Assembly: GCA_026023565.1 (NCBI GenBank)
Contig: JAPETS010000012.1
Coordinates: 310,001 to 374,000 of the forward strand
Direction of reading: 5' to 3'
DNA length: 64,000 bases
Origin: Cirrosporium novae-zelandiae
Lineage: Eukaryota
Positions 63,154 through 64,000 of this stretch are shown in pieces (position 1 is the first letter of the stretch; each line of letters opens with the position of its first letter). A program made the position numbers and the translations under genes. Below the pieces are notes generated by a model. The model saw only the letters and a list, made by a program, of their open reading frames with translations. It was not told the DNA's origin and searched no databases.

Positions 63154-64000
63154 CTAAGGGCCTGGCGATTGCATCTCGGCACAGGGTCCAAAGCTCAATC
63201 TAGCAACTTGTTCCACGAAGCCTGTTCCTTTACCTTTGCCTTTGCCTTTATCTTGGCTAGCATCCATATGTTCATCGTTTGTGCTTTGGGATTGAGGGAC
63301 GTCGGGATGAGAAGTAGATGAAGCGGCAATGCGCTCTTCCGGCGGGACGCCTAAGCCCACACCCACTAGATTCGTAGCCGCTGATTTTACGTGATGCAGG
63401 TCTTGAGGTTGAGGTCCATGTGAAGAAGAAGCGATAGGGGTAGCAGTCCCCATCGGCGTCTTTGCAGGGTCATCATCCTGATCTTCTTGCCATAATTCCA
63501 ACGGCCCTTTCAGCATCTCCTCAGCAGGCGAACTGGTCAAAGTATCTGCAAATTCGATGTTGACATACTTATTTGTCTTCGACGGCGGCTGGCTCTGGCT
63601 GCGTCCAGAAGTATACGTATCATCCTCTGTATTCTCCATATCGATGGCGCTGACGCTCCTTGAGAGGGACGGAGGACTGGCTAGGAACTCATCGTCGTCT
63701 TCATCTTCCTCGGCGAAGAAGCCATCTGTCCAGCGGCCGGAGCTGTCGCTTGTGGAAGGTCGTGAATCTCCTCGTGATGATCGAATCGTCCCTGTTCCAG
63801 TCCAGCTGCTTTGCGGTGTGGAACGTAGCTCGCGTACCTCATCTACCGCCTCACGGAGCTCGCTGTCGGTCCGTGAATGTGGATTGCGTTTTTGGCCTTC
63901 GACTTCCTCCCCGTGTACACCGGTAGGCTCGTCCATCGGTTTCGCGCGCTCCGTGTTGGTTTCGAGGTCGTCATCTGTTCGTGCGGCGACGGTATCTGCG
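63154..64000 (-). CDS. 3' part of a gene running off the window edge; disordered Ser/acidic C-terminus
   Basis: Frame is open from the window end to the stop at 63154. No family recognised. Confidence 0.65.
   Translation of the reverse strand, partial: ADTVAARTDDDLETNTERAKPMDEPTGVHGEEVEGQKRNPHSRTDSELREAVDEVRELRSTPQSSWTGTGTIRSSRGDSRPSTSDSSGRWTDGFFAEEDEDDDEFLASPPSLSRSVSAIDMENTEDDTYTSGRSQSQPPSKTNKYVNIEFADTLTSSPAEEMLKGPLELWQEDQDDDPAKTPMGTATPIASSSHGPQPQDLHHVKSAATNLVGVGLGVPPEERIAASSTSHPDVPQSQSTNDEHMDASQDKGKGKGKGTGFVEQVARLSFGPCAEMQSPGP

Overview
Eukaryotic DNA from a filamentous ascomycete (Pezizomycotina), judged from short GT-AG introns with CTAAC/CTAAG branch sites and from typical fungal gene families. 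About 20 protein genes can be reconstructed: a beta-lactamase-family serine hydrolase, a ferric reductase with iron-GATA sites, a Gfo/Idh/MocA oxidoreductase, a cholesterol-oxidase-like GMC/alpha-beta-hydrolase fusion, a thymidine/pyrimidine-nucleoside phosphorylase, a GH6 cellobiohydrolase, a divergent ubiquitin-like protein, a LaeA-like methyltransferase, an Ayg1-like hydrolase, a Zn2Cys6 transcription factor, a Ser/Thr-rich membrane protein, an S10 carboxypeptidase, a GNAT, and a housekeeping block (Ist2/TMEM16, Imh1 golgin, Lunapark). Five observations stand out. (1) An ORF-less ~200-nt element at 32351-32563 (minus strand) folds by hand into a tight five-way junction with two GNRA tetraloops and a candidate pseudoknot, flanked by an upstream TATA-rich tract and an immediate T6 run; this is a candidate unannotated Pol III-type structured RNA gene. 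(2) An intronless, intact thymidine phosphorylase is a horizontal-transfer candidate. (3) A 4-kb gene carries five in-frame stops and a probable ATG>ATA change, consistent with RIP. (4) A non-canonical ubiquitin-like protein ends in LRLHGG plus a 9-residue tail. (5) Two small secreted precursors have dibasic sites and Cys-containing C-terminal peptides. All gene models, folds and family calls were made by eye without databases, so exon boundaries are approximate.
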